Both the position numbers and the translations under genes were made by a program. 64,000 nt of DNA from Clostridia bacterium (GTDB lineage Bacteria > Bacillota > Clostridia > CAKSNL01 > HGM11501): assembly GCA_045545475.1 (NCBI GenBank), contig JAZQAZ010000018.1:32001-96000 (forward strand). Reading direction: 5' to 3'. The notes under the pieces were generated by a model, which was given only the letters and a program-made list of their open reading frames with translations, was not told the DNA's origin and made no database searches. The stretch's first letter is position 1, and each line of letters begins with the position of its first letter. Below are positions 25,644-36,342 of this stretch, in pieces.

Positions 25644-26989
25644 AAAAAGCGGCGTTATATATCCGTGTTTCAACGGATGCTCAAAGAGAGGAAGGCTATT
25701 CCATCGAAGCACAGAAGGAAATGCTTTCCGCTTTTTGCGTTACAAAGAAAATTGAAAATTATGAGTTTTTCATAGACGGAGGATATTCGGGAAGCAACTT
25801 GGAGCGTCCGGAAATGCAAAGACTCATAAAAGAGGTTTTTGAAAATAAAATAAGTGCGGTTATAGTTTATAAACTTGACCGACTTTCCCGTAGTCAAAAG
25901 GACACATTGTATTTGATAGAAGAAGTTTTAAACCCCAAGGGTGTTGATTTTATATCCATGAATGAAAGCATGGATACATCAACACCCTTGGGGCGTTTGA
26001 TGCTTGGAATACTATCTGCCTTTGCACAGCTTGAAAGGGAAAATATAAAAGAGAGAACCAGGATGGGGATGAAGGAGAGAGTAAAGGATGGCTACTGGCC
26101 CGGAGGAGGCAGAGTTCCGTTTGGCTATGATTATGACAGCGAAAAGGGGATTTTGGTCCCCAATGAAGATGCAAAAACCGTAAAACTTATATACAGCCTT
26201 TATTTAGATGGTTATCCCATGTATAAGGTGGCTAAAATGGCGGGACTAAAATATGAGCGTCTTGCTGTTCAGATACTTAAAAGAAAGTCCAATGCCGGAT
26301 ATATAATCTATAACGGTGAGGAATATAAAGGTCGTCACGAGCCTTTAATAAGTGAGGAAATTTACAACGCCGCAATGAAAATGATGGAGGAGCGAAGCAC
26401 GAAAAAATTTACCGATTCGGAATATCTTTTATCGGGAATGGTTTACTGCGGAGTGTGCGGGGCAAAAATGCGTTATCAGAAATGGGGAAAGCGTGGATGC
26501 AAACTCTGTTGCTATTCTCTGGAAAAGAACAAGCCTTATCTTGTGAAGGATGAAAATTGCACCAATGAAAAGATATGGGCAGATGAGGTGGAAGAGGCGG
26601 TGACAAAAGATTTACTGGGCCTTTCTTTTGAAATAAACTCGGGAGAATTCAATGAGCCGGATATTAAAGGTGTACTCGAATCAAAAAAAGAGCAGTGCGA
26701 AAAAAAGCTCAAAAGGTTATATAAGCTTTATGCTGAGGGTGAGGATGATGCCTTAATTGATTCCATAAATGAAGCTAAAAAGGAGCTTGGCAAAGCGGAA
26801 AAAGCATTAAACGATGAAAGAGCGAAGCTGTCCGAAAAAAAGCACATGAAGGAAAAAAGAAACTCTCTTAAAACACTTCCCGATACATGGCCGTATATGA
26901 CGAATGCGGAAAAACGCAATATAGTAAGAAGCCTGATAGACAAAGTTACGGTTACCGGGGATAATGTGAAAATTGATTATCTTCTATAA
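25640..26989 (+). CDS. Large serine recombinase (resolvase + recombinase + zinc ribbon + coiled coil)
   Basis: Catalytic 'YIRVSTDAQ', 'YKLDRLSR', 'AQLERENI', 'PFGY', zinc ribbon 'LSGMVYCGVCG' and C-terminal 'KRNIVRSLIDKVTV'. Confidence 0.93.
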   Translation: MKKAALYIRVSTDAQREEGYSIEAQKEMLSAFCVTKKIENYEFFIDGGYSGSNLERPEMQRLIKEVFENKISAVIVYKLDRLSRSQKDTLYLIEEVLNPKGVDFISMNESMDTSTPLGRLMLGILSAFAQLERENIKERTRMGMKERVKDGYWPGGGRVPFGYDYDSEKGILVPNEDAKTVKLIYSLYLDGYPMYKVAKMAGLKYERLAVQILKRKSNAGYIIYNGEEYKGRHEPLISEEIYNAAMKMMEERSTKKFTDSEYLLSGMVYCGVCGAKMRYQKWGKRGCKLCCYSLEKNKPYLVKDENCTNEKIWADEVEEAVTKDLLGLSFEINSGEFNEPDIKGVLESKKEQCEKKLKRLYKLYAEGEDDALIDSINEAKKELGKAEKALNDERAKLSEKKHMKEKRNSLKTLPDTWPYMTNAEKRNIVRSLIDKVTVTGDNVKIDYLL

Positions 26990-27000
26990 ATAAAAAAACA

Positions 27001-27029
27001 TAGACAAGTATAGATTTTTATGTTATAAT
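27001..27029 (+). promoter_or_regulatory. SigA-type promoter
   Basis: TAGACA-17 bp-TATAAT with extended TG. Confidence 0.65.
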
Positions 27030-27070
27030 GCATATAATTGGAATAGTTGTATCCAAAAAGGAGTGGTTCT

Positions 27071-29920
27071 ATGAAAAAAATATGTACACTTATGATTGTG
27101 CTCATGCTCATCCTGCCGTGTTTTTCTGTATTGCCGGCAAGTGCTGAGGTTGTTGAGCTCACTGCCAGGGGAGATTATCTTACAAACCCCAATGATAAGA
27201 TAGTGGTAAATTCTGCTTATGAGATTTATCCCTGGAACAGAAATAAGTATATCGGATTTTCAGATGTTGATATGACGGGAATAAAGTCTATTACAGCATC
27301 CGTAAAATGTATGCTTCCGGGAAACTCAAACGGTGATACCATAGCGATTATGCTTGATACGCCTTACGGAACGGAAAGCTCCGTTAACTGCGTGGGTTAC
27401 ATTGTGTTAAACAAGGAAAGCCCCAACGGCGGAGCAGATTATGCAAATTACACTGCGAATATAAAAGAAACCACGGGAACACATGATATATATTTTGTTT
27501 CCTGCTTAGGTTCCAACAATTCGAACTATATAAGGGTAAAGTCCTTTACTCTTAATGAAACAACCGTGACCAAAGAAGACGAAACCGTTTCGGATTCTTA
27601 TACTTACAGCGTAAATCACGACACATGGGCACTTACGGACGAGCTTGGCAGAAAAGCGGCGGATTATTCTGAAGCAGGTCCTGTGAAAAGCGGCAAACAC
27701 GATGTGGGTATTCTCTATTGGAACTGGTTTGTTTCTCCTGAATATTCGAGAGCCTATATTCCCAGCGAGGTTATAAGAAAATATCCTGATCAAAAGGATA
27801 ATTATCTTTCTCCCGTATGGGATAATATGGGTGATTTCTGGTGGGCAGAGCCCCTTTTCGGATTTTACGACAGTTATGACTATTGGGTGTACCGCCGTCA
27901 CGCCGAAATGCTTGCAAATGCAGGTGTTGACTTCATAGCTTTTGACTATTCCAACGGAGGTCTCGGATTCATAGAACCCCTTACAATTCTTGTTGATGCC
28001 TTTAGGGATGCAAAGAAGGACGGCATAGTTGCACCTAAAATTACAGCTATGACAGACCTTGGAGGAAGGGAAGAAAATTCTGTAAGACTCCTTCAGTCTA
28101 TGTACTTTAACTGCTTTGTGGGAGAAGACTATACAGATGTATGGTATTATCTTGACGGAAAGCCGCTTCTTTTCGGTAACTCACTTCCCAATGTTACAAC
28201 TAAAGTACAGTCCGTTACATATGATGACGGAACAACCGATACTTTCTACAGACAGATTGCTGACATGGCAACAATTGAAGAATTTTTTACATACAGAAAC
28301 AGCGGATCAAGAACAGGTCCCTTTGCTAAGGTTGATGACAGATGGATTTGGCTTGAAGATTTCCCGATTCACGGCTGGAACTGGCAGGAAGATACGGAAA
28401 GATATGAATTTTGTGCAGTTGGCACGGGTATAAATGAATCTTACATATACAAGCTTGCTGCAACCGGAGTATTCTCTGACGAGTATACAAAGGGCAGAGG
28501 CTATTCGGAAGCTTTTGGTGAGGACAGAACAGGTGACGGTATGTATATGGCATACTTCTTCCGTGACCAGTCTTCTTTGGCTCTTGAAATTGATCCTGAA
28601 ATTATTATGATTGACGGATGGAACGAATGGACTGCAGTAAGAAACGGCGTATATAACGGCTTTACAAACTCCTTCGTTGATACCTTTGACGATGATAACA
28701 GCCGAGACTTCGAGCCATCGGCAGGTGCTTTAAGAGACCATTATTACTGTCTGATGATTGACTTTATCAGAAAGTATAAGGGCGTTGCAAAAGCACCCGT
28801 TGCAGGAAGTGTCTTTACCGTAGAAGACTTTTCGGATTGGGAAAATGTGACATATAAGTACCTTAATTATCCTTCCGAGGAAAGATGTGACGAAGGCTAT
28901 CTTATAGCTCCTGCAACTCCTGAGGAAGAATCTACTGCTTATCACAGCTTTGTATATGAGGTATATAACAGCATAATAACAGCAAAGGTAAGCCATGATG
29001 ATGACAATTTATACTTCCTGGCTGAAACCGAAGCGGAAATGACATTAAATACTCCTTTTGCAATGCAGCTTTATCTTGATACCGACAGAAATAAAGCGAC
29101 CGGATGGAACGGCTATGATTATGCGGTAAATGTTACAGAAGCAGGAAAAATAGCAAAAAATCTGGATAATGCGTATTTATGGGAAACTCTTTCAGATGTT
29201 GAATGGGTAAGTGAAGGAACAAAGCTTATGATTACTGTTCCCAGAACACTTGTAAAAGAAACATCTTCCGTTGATTTTGAATTCAAGTGGACAGACGCTA
29301 TCGACCTGGAAAGTGAGTTTTTAAATGTTTATAAGGGCGGATCAAGTGCACCCTTTGGAAGATATAACTACATATATTCCGAAGACACCCAGGTTTATCC
29401 CGGAGAGGAAATAAATGCTGATTTAAGCAATAACTCCGTTGTAAAAGCAGGCGTTAATAAGATGACGGTAGGGGACGCCATGATAACTGTTTATGAGCCT
29501 GATACAAGGGTTACTCCTTATTTAATTGATGGAACAATCTACGTTCCCGAAGATGCACTGCATGAGATTATCGGCTACGGCAAATCAAAGTCATGGTACG
29601 ATGCCGCAACCAACACATTCAGACTTATGAGATATGAGCTTGAGCCTTATGAAGATGCCAACGGTGTTACAAAGCGCAATATAAATACTACGTGGCTTTA
29701 TACAAAAATCAATTCAACTTCTATGAATTTTGGCGGAAATGAGCAAACGCTTAGCCATCCTGTAAAAGTAATAGACGGTATATTCTTCGTTCCGCTTTCG
29801 CTTCTTTCTGATGCATACGGATATACTGTAAGTATAACAGACGGCGTTGCGGTGGTAACAGATCCCGGTGAAACGGCTCTTTCAGCAGCTACTGTAGCTT
29901 CGGTTACAGAACTTTTCTGA
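27071..29920 (+). CDS. Secreted modular putative glycoside hydrolase, copy 1 (CBM6-like + GH99/GH71-like barrel + beta-sandwich + copper amine oxidase N-terminal stalk)
   Basis: Signal peptide; 'YIGFSDVD...TTGTHDIYFV'; 'HAEMLANAGVDFIAFDYSN', 'DGWNEW', 'SRDFEP'; C-terminal 'IDGTIYVP' and 'DGIFFVPLSLL'. Confidence 0.7.
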   Translation: MKKICTLMIVLMLILPCFSVLPASAEVVELTARGDYLTNPNDKIVVNSAYEIYPWNRNKYIGFSDVDMTGIKSITASVKCMLPGNSNGDTIAIMLDTPYGTESSVNCVGYIVLNKESPNGGADYANYTANIKETTGTHDIYFVSCLGSNNSNYIRVKSFTLNETTVTKEDETVSDSYTYSVNHDTWALTDELGRKAADYSEAGPVKSGKHDVGILYWNWFVSPEYSRAYIPSEVIRKYPDQKDNYLSPVWDNMGDFWWAEPLFGFYDSYDYWVYRRHAEMLANAGVDFIAFDYSNGGLGFIEPLTILVDAFRDAKKDGIVAPKITAMTDLGGREENSVRLLQSMYFNCFVGEDYTDVWYYLDGKPLLFGNSLPNVTTKVQSVTYDDGTTDTFYRQIADMATIEEFFTYRNSGSRTGPFAKVDDRWIWLEDFPIHGWNWQEDTERYEFCAVGTGINESYIYKLAATGVFSDEYTKGRGYSEAFGEDRTGDGMYMAYFFRDQSSLALEIDPEIIMIDGWNEWTAVRNGVYNGFTNSFVDTFDDDNSRDFEPSAGALRDHYYCLMIDFIRKYKGVAKAPVAGSVFTVEDFSDWENVTYKYLNYPSEERCDEGYLIAPATPEEESTAYHSFVYEVYNSIITAKVSHDDDNLYFLAETEAEMTLNTPFAMQLYLDTDRNKATGWNGYDYAVNVTEAGKIAKNLDNAYLWETLSDVEWVSEGTKLMITVPRTLVKETSSVDFEFKWTDAIDLESEFLNVYKGGSSAPFGRYNYIYSEDTQVYPGEEINADLSNNSVVKAGVNKMTVGDAMITVYEPDTRVTPYLIDGTIYVPEDALHEIIGYGKSKSWYDAATNTFRLMRYELEPYEDANGVTKRNINTTWLYTKINSTSMNFGGNEQTLSHPVKVIDGIFFVPLSLLSDAYGYTVSITDGVAVVTDPGETALSAATVASVTELF

Positions 29921-29937
29921 TAAGGAGGGGATAAAAA

Positions 29938-32900
29938 ATGAAAACAGTTAAGAATGTTTTATCTTTAATATTGTTAGTGGCGGTTTTATTGTCCTCTCTG
30001 TCCCTTTCCGTTTTTGCGGAAAACGGAGAAATTCCTGCAAAGTCCACATGGACAATTGCGGCAAGTTCTTATGTCGGCGGTTGCGATCCTATAAAGGCTA
30101 TAGACGGAAATGTCGGCACCTACTGGCATTCATATTATGAGGTGGAAGGTGGCGTTGCCGTAAATCCTGATTTAGCACCTTACTATCTTTATGTTACCCT
30201 TCCTTCGGTAACGGAGTTTTCAGGAATAAATTTAACTCCGAGAGCGTCTTCCGGTGCTCAGATAAATGAAATAAGTGTATATGTTTCGGATACTGCGGCT
30301 GACAGTAATACCGATACATCCTGGGCACTTGTGGCCGATAAAGTAGCGTTTGCAACTCCCACGGTGGGAGATCAGACACCTCTTAATATTGATTTCGGAA
30401 TGAATGTTAAAGCAAAGAGATTTATGCTTGCTATAACAAAGACGAGCAATAACTACGGAACAATTGCCGAAATTGACCTTGCGGAGAAAAATGACAGATA
30501 TACTGTTGCGTCCTCTGCGGAGCTTTTGGAATATCACGCTATTAAAAGTAACACAGCTCTTTCAGATAAGAGTAAGTGGGGAATCTCCGTCAACTCCGGC
30601 GAGGGAAGTATCAGAAAGGCAATTGACGGAATAGTTGACGAAGATAACTACTGGCATTCATTCTTCAAGGCAGACGGTGCAAACATAACTTATCACGACA
30701 TACCGCCTTATGACATATATATAACATTTCCTGAAAAAACCGTAATATCTCATCTTGATGTTATACCGAGGCAGGATATAAAAAACGGTTGTCCGCTTGA
30801 GATGAACTTTTATGCTGCAGACAGCGACGACGGAGAAATGTACCTTCTTGAAGAAAAGCTTACCTATGAATCGGGATTTGCGGGAAGAGCAATTGACCTT
30901 GCTTCTAATGTTGCAGCAAAGAAAATTCTCATAAACATAACAGGCGGTAACGGAGGTTACGGATGTATCTCGGAAATCAATATTACCGGTAACGATGCGG
31001 AAAAACCTTTCTCCGCCCTTGACACTTATATTAATACGGCAAAATATGCAAGAAAATATGAAATAAGCAAAAACTACTTTGAAATTTCGTGTGACCATAC
31101 AGGAAACTGGAGCGGTAATGTTATCAATAATATGATTGACGGTTCTGAATCAACCATATGGCAGACAGATAATCTCAATAAATTGGGGATTAAGCCCACC
31201 GTTACTGTGGATATGCTGGATGATTATACTATAAGCGAAATAACATATTTCCCGAGACAGTCTGATGATCATCACGGACACTGGACAAAGTTTACCTTGC
31301 AGACAAGCAGTGACGATTCAACCTATACTGATGTTGGCGATTACACATTTACGGCAGGTTATGATCTTCAGGTAATTAAGCTTGATAATCCCATAAAATG
31401 CAGGTATATAAGATTTAAGAGCATAACAGGTACCGGTGGCTATGTAGGAGGCGGAGAGCTTTACTTCTATCAGACATATGACGGCTTGCAGGAGTATAAC
31501 GAGCGTTACGGCGGAACATTCCACCTTGAGTACGGCTCTGCCGACGTTTACTGTGAAAAGGGAGCTGCCCCCGGTGACTATACACTTGTCGGTCCCATTG
31601 AAACGATGAACGGATGCACATATGTTCCTCTTTTAAGCTTTGTAAATGAGCTTATTTATAAGGGTAGTGCGGAAGAAGATAAAACAAGCGATTTAAGAAA
31701 AATTACCGTTTCTCTTAACGGCGGACTTAAAACATTCACTCTACAGGAAAATAACTATATTGTATATTCTCTGGATAATAAATACGGAGATGTTCGCTAT
31801 ACGCTTTATAATCTTCCTTTTGTGAAAAATGACATCTTCTATGCACCGCTTCATTTCCTTTGTGAGCTTATCGGATACGAGGAATCCTTCGACGGTGAAA
31901 CTCTTACCCTTGTGAAAATTGACTTTAATATGTATGACACGGTTGAATGGATTGATCCCGCTAAGTCTTTTGCAACCTACAAGGTAAATTATGATCTTGG
32001 ACTTGAGGGAATAGGAAGGATTGAGGGCGGAAGAGAATACGATGAAGTTAAGGTTGGAAATGGTGTTCTGCTTCCTTCCGTTGAAACAGAGATAGGATAT
32101 AAATTTGAAGGCTGGTATTATCCCGGAAGAATAAAGAATCTTGCCGGAAAAGGAAACGATGCATATAATCCGGCAAGTGATGTGACATTATATGCGGTGT
32201 ATTCCGAAATTGAAAACCTTGAAGACATAAAGGCTGAAATTATTTCTATCCTTAAAGAAACCGATCTTTCGCTTTACAGAACAGCTGAAAGAAAAGAAAT
32301 CGAAGCGATAATTGCTTCAGCTGAAGAAAACATCAATTCTTCTGGGACAAAGGAAGAAATCAATGATTATTATCTTTTGGCGAAAGAGGCTATAGATGCT
32401 GTAGAAACTGACGAAGAAATGACTAAGGCGGAGGACGAAACCGGCCTTAAGCTTACGGTTACAAGTACAAGCGGAGGAACTGTAACACTTAATGATGAGC
32501 CTGTTTCGGGAACGGTTTCTGTAGCAGCAGGTACAGAAGTAACCCTTAAAGCATTCGAAGATGAAACAGGAACATTTAAGGCATGGATTGACGGAACAAC
32601 ACAGAAGGTGTTAAGCGAGGAAGAGGAATATGTATTCAGTATGTATTCCAGACGTCACATAATAGCACTGTTTACCGACAGCTCTATGGGTGATGAAGTG
32701 TTTGCAAGCTTCCTTACAAGAAATAATCAGTATGCGAAATATACATATGTTGAAAAGGGTACAGATACAAATACTATAGCTCCCGATGAAGATCAGATGT
32801 ACGTATCCGGATACACCTTTAACGGCTGGAAACCCGGACTCGGAGTTATAAATAAGGACACCGATTACAGGGGTAACTACGAAAAGGAAATTAATGTGTA

Positions 32901-33519
32901 CACCGTTAGCGTAAAAGGCGGCAGCGAAATTGATAACGGAAATGAATTTACTGCCGAGTATAATGATGTATATATCGTAAAGGCTGATGTTCCTGCAAAG
33001 GGATTGGTATTTGCAGGCTGGAAACTTAACGGAAAACTGGTATCCTATGACGAGTATTACTCTTTCGGTGTGTTCGGAGATATGGAACTTGAAGCTACAT
33101 TTGCAAAATCTGTTGTAAAGAAGCCTCTTGTTGTAATGCTTGACGTATCAAGAAAGATTTATAATGAGAACAATATAGCATCATTTATGGCGGATGCCTA
33201 TGCTCCGGAAGGAATAACCATAATTGAAGCAGGTATTCTTTATGCTAAAACAAATGTTGATGCGGGAACGCTTGTTATGTCAAATCTGGGAATGACGCTT
33301 GACGGAAAAGAAATTAAACGAACAATAGCGAAAGAAGATATGATGTTTAAGCTTACTGCAAGTTATGGCGAATTTGGTATCACCGCAAGAGGGTATCTTA
33401 TTTATCTTGATGAAAACGGAGAGAAGAATACTATCTATACGGATACGACATATATTGTTGAAGAAGCAACAGAAGATGCAGGCGGAGAAATCGAAGAAGA
33501 TGTAGACTTCGACTTGTAA
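29938..33519 (+). CDS. Secreted protein: 3x F5/8 type C (CBM32/discoidin) + stalk domain + InlB-B-like repeats, copy 1
   Basis: Repeated 'KAIDG....YWHS...PR'; 'TYVPLLSF' and 'YAPLHFLCELIG'; 'GYKFEGWY', 'GYTFNGW' and 'FAGW' repeats. Confidence 0.75.
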   Translation: MKTVKNVLSLILLVAVLLSSLSLSVFAENGEIPAKSTWTIAASSYVGGCDPIKAIDGNVGTYWHSYYEVEGGVAVNPDLAPYYLYVTLPSVTEFSGINLTPRASSGAQINEISVYVSDTAADSNTDTSWALVADKVAFATPTVGDQTPLNIDFGMNVKAKRFMLAITKTSNNYGTIAEIDLAEKNDRYTVASSAELLEYHAIKSNTALSDKSKWGISVNSGEGSIRKAIDGIVDEDNYWHSFFKADGANITYHDIPPYDIYITFPEKTVISHLDVIPRQDIKNGCPLEMNFYAADSDDGEMYLLEEKLTYESGFAGRAIDLASNVAAKKILINITGGNGGYGCISEINITGNDAEKPFSALDTYINTAKYARKYEISKNYFEISCDHTGNWSGNVINNMIDGSESTIWQTDNLNKLGIKPTVTVDMLDDYTISEITYFPRQSDDHHGHWTKFTLQTSSDDSTYTDVGDYTFTAGYDLQVIKLDNPIKCRYIRFKSITGTGGYVGGGELYFYQTYDGLQEYNERYGGTFHLEYGSADVYCEKGAAPGDYTLVGPIETMNGCTYVPLLSFVNELIYKGSAEEDKTSDLRKITVSLNGGLKTFTLQENNYIVYSLDNKYGDVRYTLYNLPFVKNDIFYAPLHFLCELIGYEESFDGETLTLVKIDFNMYDTVEWIDPAKSFATYKVNYDLGLEGIGRIEGGREYDEVKVGNGVLLPSVETEIGYKFEGWYYPGRIKNLAGKGNDAYNPASDVTLYAVYSEIENLEDIKAEIISILKETDLSLYRTAERKEIEAIIASAEENINSSGTKEEINDYYLLAKEAIDAVETDEEMTKAEDETGLKLTVTSTSGGTVTLNDEPVSGTVSVAAGTEVTLKAFEDETGTFKAWIDGTTQKVLSEEEEYVFSMYSRRHIIALFTDSSMGDEVFASFLTRNNQYAKYTYVEKGTDTNTIAPDEDQMYVSGYTFNGWKPGLGVINKDTDYRGNYEKEINVYTVSVKGGSEIDNGNEFTAEYNDVYIVKADVPAKGLVFAGWKLNGKLVSYDEYYSFGVFGDMELEATFAKSVVKKPLVVMLDVSRKIYNENNIASFMADAYAPEGITIIEAGILYAKTNVDAGTLVMSNLGMTLDGKEIKRTIAKEDMMFKLTASYGEFGITARGYLIYLDENGEKNTIYTDTTYIVEEATEDAGGEIEEDVDFDL

Positions 33520-33524
33520 TAAAT

Positions 33525-33561
33525 AAAAAGCGTTCACTTATGAAAAGTGAACGCTTTTTTT
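33525..33561 (+). terminator. Intrinsic terminator
   Basis: aaaaagcgttcactt-atgaa-aagtgaacgcttttt. Confidence 0.85.
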
Positions 33562-33594
33562 ATCTCATTTTATCGAAATTTGTGAATAAAAACA

Positions 33595-33623
33595 TTGACC
33601 TTTTTGCATATTTATGCTATAAT
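33595..33623 (+). promoter_or_regulatory. SigA-type promoter of the oxidoreductase operon
   Basis: TTGACC-17 bp-TATAAT with extended TG. Confidence 0.7.
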
Positions 33624-33663
33624 TAATACTTAAATCATATGTTGAATGAAAGAGGCAGAGGTT

Positions 33664-34284
33664 ATGAAACGAATCAACATATTTGTAGGGCATTACGGAA
33701 GCGGAAAAACAGAACTTGCCGTAAACTTTGCGATAAAAAATAAAGTGGATATAATTGCCGATCTTGATACCGTAAATCCTTATTTCAGAACCAACGATGC
33801 AAGGAAAATTTTAGAAGATGCAGGAATCCGTGTTGTGGCTCCGTATTATGCGGGGACGAATGTGGATTTGCCGTCATTGCCTCCGGAGGTTTATGCGGCG
33901 TTTACGGAAGAGAAAACAGCGGTTCTTGACATCGGTGGAGATGATGACGGTGCGGCGGTTCTCGGCAGATTCAAGAACTATATTACAGAAGATAACTCCG
34001 AGGTTTATTTCGTAATAAACGTTTTAAGGCCGGAAACCGATACTCCCGATAAGATAATCGAAATGATAAGAGCGATTGAATATACCTCAAGGCTTAAGGT
34101 GACATGCCTTATAAACAATACAAACCTTATGGAAGAAACCATCTACGATCATGTTTTAATGGGCGAGGAGATAGTAAGAAGGGTTTCTGAAATGACGGAT
34201 ATTCCTTTTTTCGGTAATGCCGTTAAAAAGGAACTGGCAAAAGAAAAAGACTTTGCACTGGATAAATACATCCTTATGCTTTAA
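33664..34284 (+). CDS. Uncharacterised P-loop NTPase (SIMIBI/MinD-like) preceding the vor operon
   Basis: 'GHYGSGKTE', 'DLDTVNPYFR' and 'DIGGDDDGA'. Confidence 0.8.
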   Translation: MKRINIFVGHYGSGKTELAVNFAIKNKVDIIADLDTVNPYFRTNDARKILEDAGIRVVAPYYAGTNVDLPSLPPEVYAAFTEEKTAVLDIGGDDDGAAVLGRFKNYITEDNSEVYFVINVLRPETDTPDKIIEMIRAIEYTSRLKVTCLINNTNLMEETIYDHVLMGEEIVRRVSEMTDIPFFGNAVKKELAKEKDFALDKYILML

Positions 34285-34319
34285 GTTATAAATGTTGAAA
34301 AAAGAAAGGAATGATTCAT

Positions 34320-34526
34320 ATGTCAAAGGCTCATTTCAACGAAGAAATATGTAAAGGCTGCGGTCTTTGCACAACAGTTTGTCCTAAAAAAATTGTTGAA
34401 ATCAACAAGGACAAACTCAACAAAAAAGGATATAACCCTGCCGGAGTAACCGATATTGATAAGTGTATCGGATGTGCATTTTGTGCCATGATTTGTCCGG
34501 ATTGTGCTATAGAAGTAAAGGAGTGA
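34320..34526 (+). CDS. 2x[4Fe-4S] ferredoxin (delta subunit of 2-oxoacid:ferredoxin oxidoreductase)
   Basis: Two CxxCxxCxxxCP motifs. Confidence 0.93.
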   Translation: MSKAHFNEEICKGCGLCTTVCPKKIVEINKDKLNKKGYNPAGVTDIDKCIGCAFCAMICPDCAIEVKE

Positions 34527-34531
34527 CAAAA

Positions 34532-35599
34532 ATGGAAGAGAAAGTTTTAATGAAAGGTAACGAAGCATTGGCTCGTGCAGCTATTGAAGCAGGATGCCGT
34601 CATTTCTTCGGATATCCCATAACTCCTCAGACTGAGGTTGCTGCCTACATGGCAAAGCAGATGCCTAAAATCGGCGGCGTTTTCCTTCAGGCAGAAAGTG
34701 AAGTTTCTGCAATAAATATGGTATACGGTGCAGCAGGTGCGGGTGCAAGAGTTATGACATCCTCATCAAGCCCCGGAATAAGCTTAAAGTCCGAGGGTAT
34801 TTCCTATATCGCAGGAAGCGATCTTCCCTGCGTAATCTGTAACATCGTGAGAGGCGGCCCCGGTCTTGGCGGTATTCAGCCTGCACAGAGCGACTATTTC
34901 CAGGCAACAAAGGGCGGCGGACACGGTGATTATCACTTAATCGTACTTGCTCCCGCTTCAGTTCAGGAAATGGTTGACCTCGTTAAGGAAGCTTTTGACC
35001 TTGCTGACTTTTACAGAATGCCCGTTATGATTATGGGTGACGGTATGCTCGGTCAGATGATGGAGCCTGTTGTTTTCGGAAATTACAAGAGCAAGAAAGA
35101 ACTTGCCGAGAAGACCTGGGCAACAGTTGGTACAGATATGAAGAGAAGTCACAACATCGTAAACTCTCTTTACATCACTCCCGAAGAGCTTGAAAAGCTG
35201 GTTCAGGAGCGTTATAAGAAATATGCCGTAATCGAAGAGGAAGAGGCAAGAGCAGAAGAATATATGTGCGATGATGCAGATATTATCATTGCGGCATACG
35301 GCACAATTGCCCGTGTTGCAAAGTCTGCCATCCAAAGAGCAAGGGCAAAGGGGATAAAGGTTGGTTTAATCCGTCCCATCACACTCTGGCCTTTCCCCAC
35401 AAAGACTTTTGCTAAGTATGCAGGCAAGGTAAAGTCCTTCCTTTCCGTTGAAATGAGCATGGGACAGATGATTGAGGACGTTCGCCTTTCCGTTGAAGGT
35501 AAAACTCCCGTTGAGTTTTACGGACGTACCGGCGGTATGATTCCCAGCCCCGAAGAAATTGTTGAAAAATTGGAAGCTATGACAGGAGGCGTAAAATAA
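34532..35599 (+). CDS. vorB: 2-oxoacid:ferredoxin oxidoreductase alpha subunit (VorB-like)
   Basis: 'KGNEA', 'GYPITPQTE', 'QAESE' and 'RGGPGLG'. Confidence 0.88.
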   Translation: MEEKVLMKGNEALARAAIEAGCRHFFGYPITPQTEVAAYMAKQMPKIGGVFLQAESEVSAINMVYGAAGAGARVMTSSSSPGISLKSEGISYIAGSDLPCVICNIVRGGPGLGGIQPAQSDYFQATKGGGHGDYHLIVLAPASVQEMVDLVKEAFDLADFYRMPVMIMGDGMLGQMMEPVVFGNYKSKKELAEKTWATVGTDMKRSHNIVNSLYITPEELEKLVQERYKKYAVIEEEEARAEEYMCDDADIIIAAYGTIARVAKSAIQRARAKGIKVGLIRPITLWPFPTKTFAKYAGKVKSFLSVEMSMGQMIEDVRLSVEGKTPVEFYGRTGGMIPSPEEIVEKLEAMTGGVK

Positions 35600-36342
35600 T
35601 GGCGACATTTAAAAGACCTCACGCACTTTGCGACGTAACACTCCATTATTGCCCCGGCTGCAATCACGGTATCGTTCACCGTCTTGTTGCAGAGGTAATT
35701 GACGAGCTTGGTATTGAAGGAAAGACAATAGGTGTTGCACCTGTTGGATGTGCAGTTTTTGCATATAACTATTTTAACTGCGATATGCAGGAGGCAGCTC
35801 ACGGAAGAGCGCCCGCTGTTGCTACCGGTATTAAGAGAGTTCACCCCGATAACGTGGTATTTACCTATCAGGGCGACGGAGACTTGGCCGCAATCGGTAC
35901 TGCGGAAACAGTTCATGCGGCAGCAAGAGGGGAGAATATCACCGTAATTTTCATAAACAACGCAATTTACGGTATGACAGGCGGTCAGATGGCTCCCACA
36001 ACACTTCCCGGTCAGGTAACACAAACATCTCCCTATGGAAGAAATACAGAAACTCAGGGCCATCCAATAAGAGTTTCTGAAATGCTTTCCACGCTTGACG
36101 GCGTTGCACTTGCCCAGAGATGTGCGGTTAACAATATAAAGAACATCACCGAGACAAAGAAGGCAATAAAGAAGGCTTTCCAGAATCAGATTGATAAGAA
36201 AGGCTTTTCTATCGTAGAAGTTTTATCCACCTGTCCTACAAACTGGGGACTTTCTCCTGTTGAGGCATTAAAGTGGCTTGAAGACAATATGATGCCTTAT
36301 TATCCTCTTGGCGTATACAAAGATAAGGACGGTGACAAATAA
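35599..36342 (+). CDS. 2-oxoacid:ferredoxin oxidoreductase beta subunit (TPP-binding)
   Basis: 'YCPGCNHG', 'HGRA', 'GDGD...[11 protein letters not shown]' and 'CPTNW'. Confidence 0.92.
   Translation: MATFKRPHALCDVTLHYCPGCNHGIVHRLVAEVIDELGIEGKTIGVAPVGCAVFAYNYFNCDMQEAAHGRAPAVATGIKRVHPDNVVFTYQGDGDLAAIGTAETVHAAARGENITVIFINNAIYGMTGGQMAPTTLPGQVTQTSPYGRNTETQGHPIRVSEMLSTLDGVALAQRCAVNNIKNITETKKAIKKAFQNQIDKKGFSIVEVLSTCPTNWGLSPVEALKWLEDNMMPYYPLGVYKDKDGDK

Noticed and set aside
33579-33597. Possible Rex operator (TTGTGAA...) upstream of the oxidoreductase operon
   Set aside because: Only the left half-site matches
25460-33640. Integrated element carrying the recombinase plus the first GH/CBM32 pair
   Set aside because: No att-like direct repeats or mobility genes seen; the cargo has a resident paralog and an ordinary promoter and terminator. 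Cannot be fully excluded without comparative genomes
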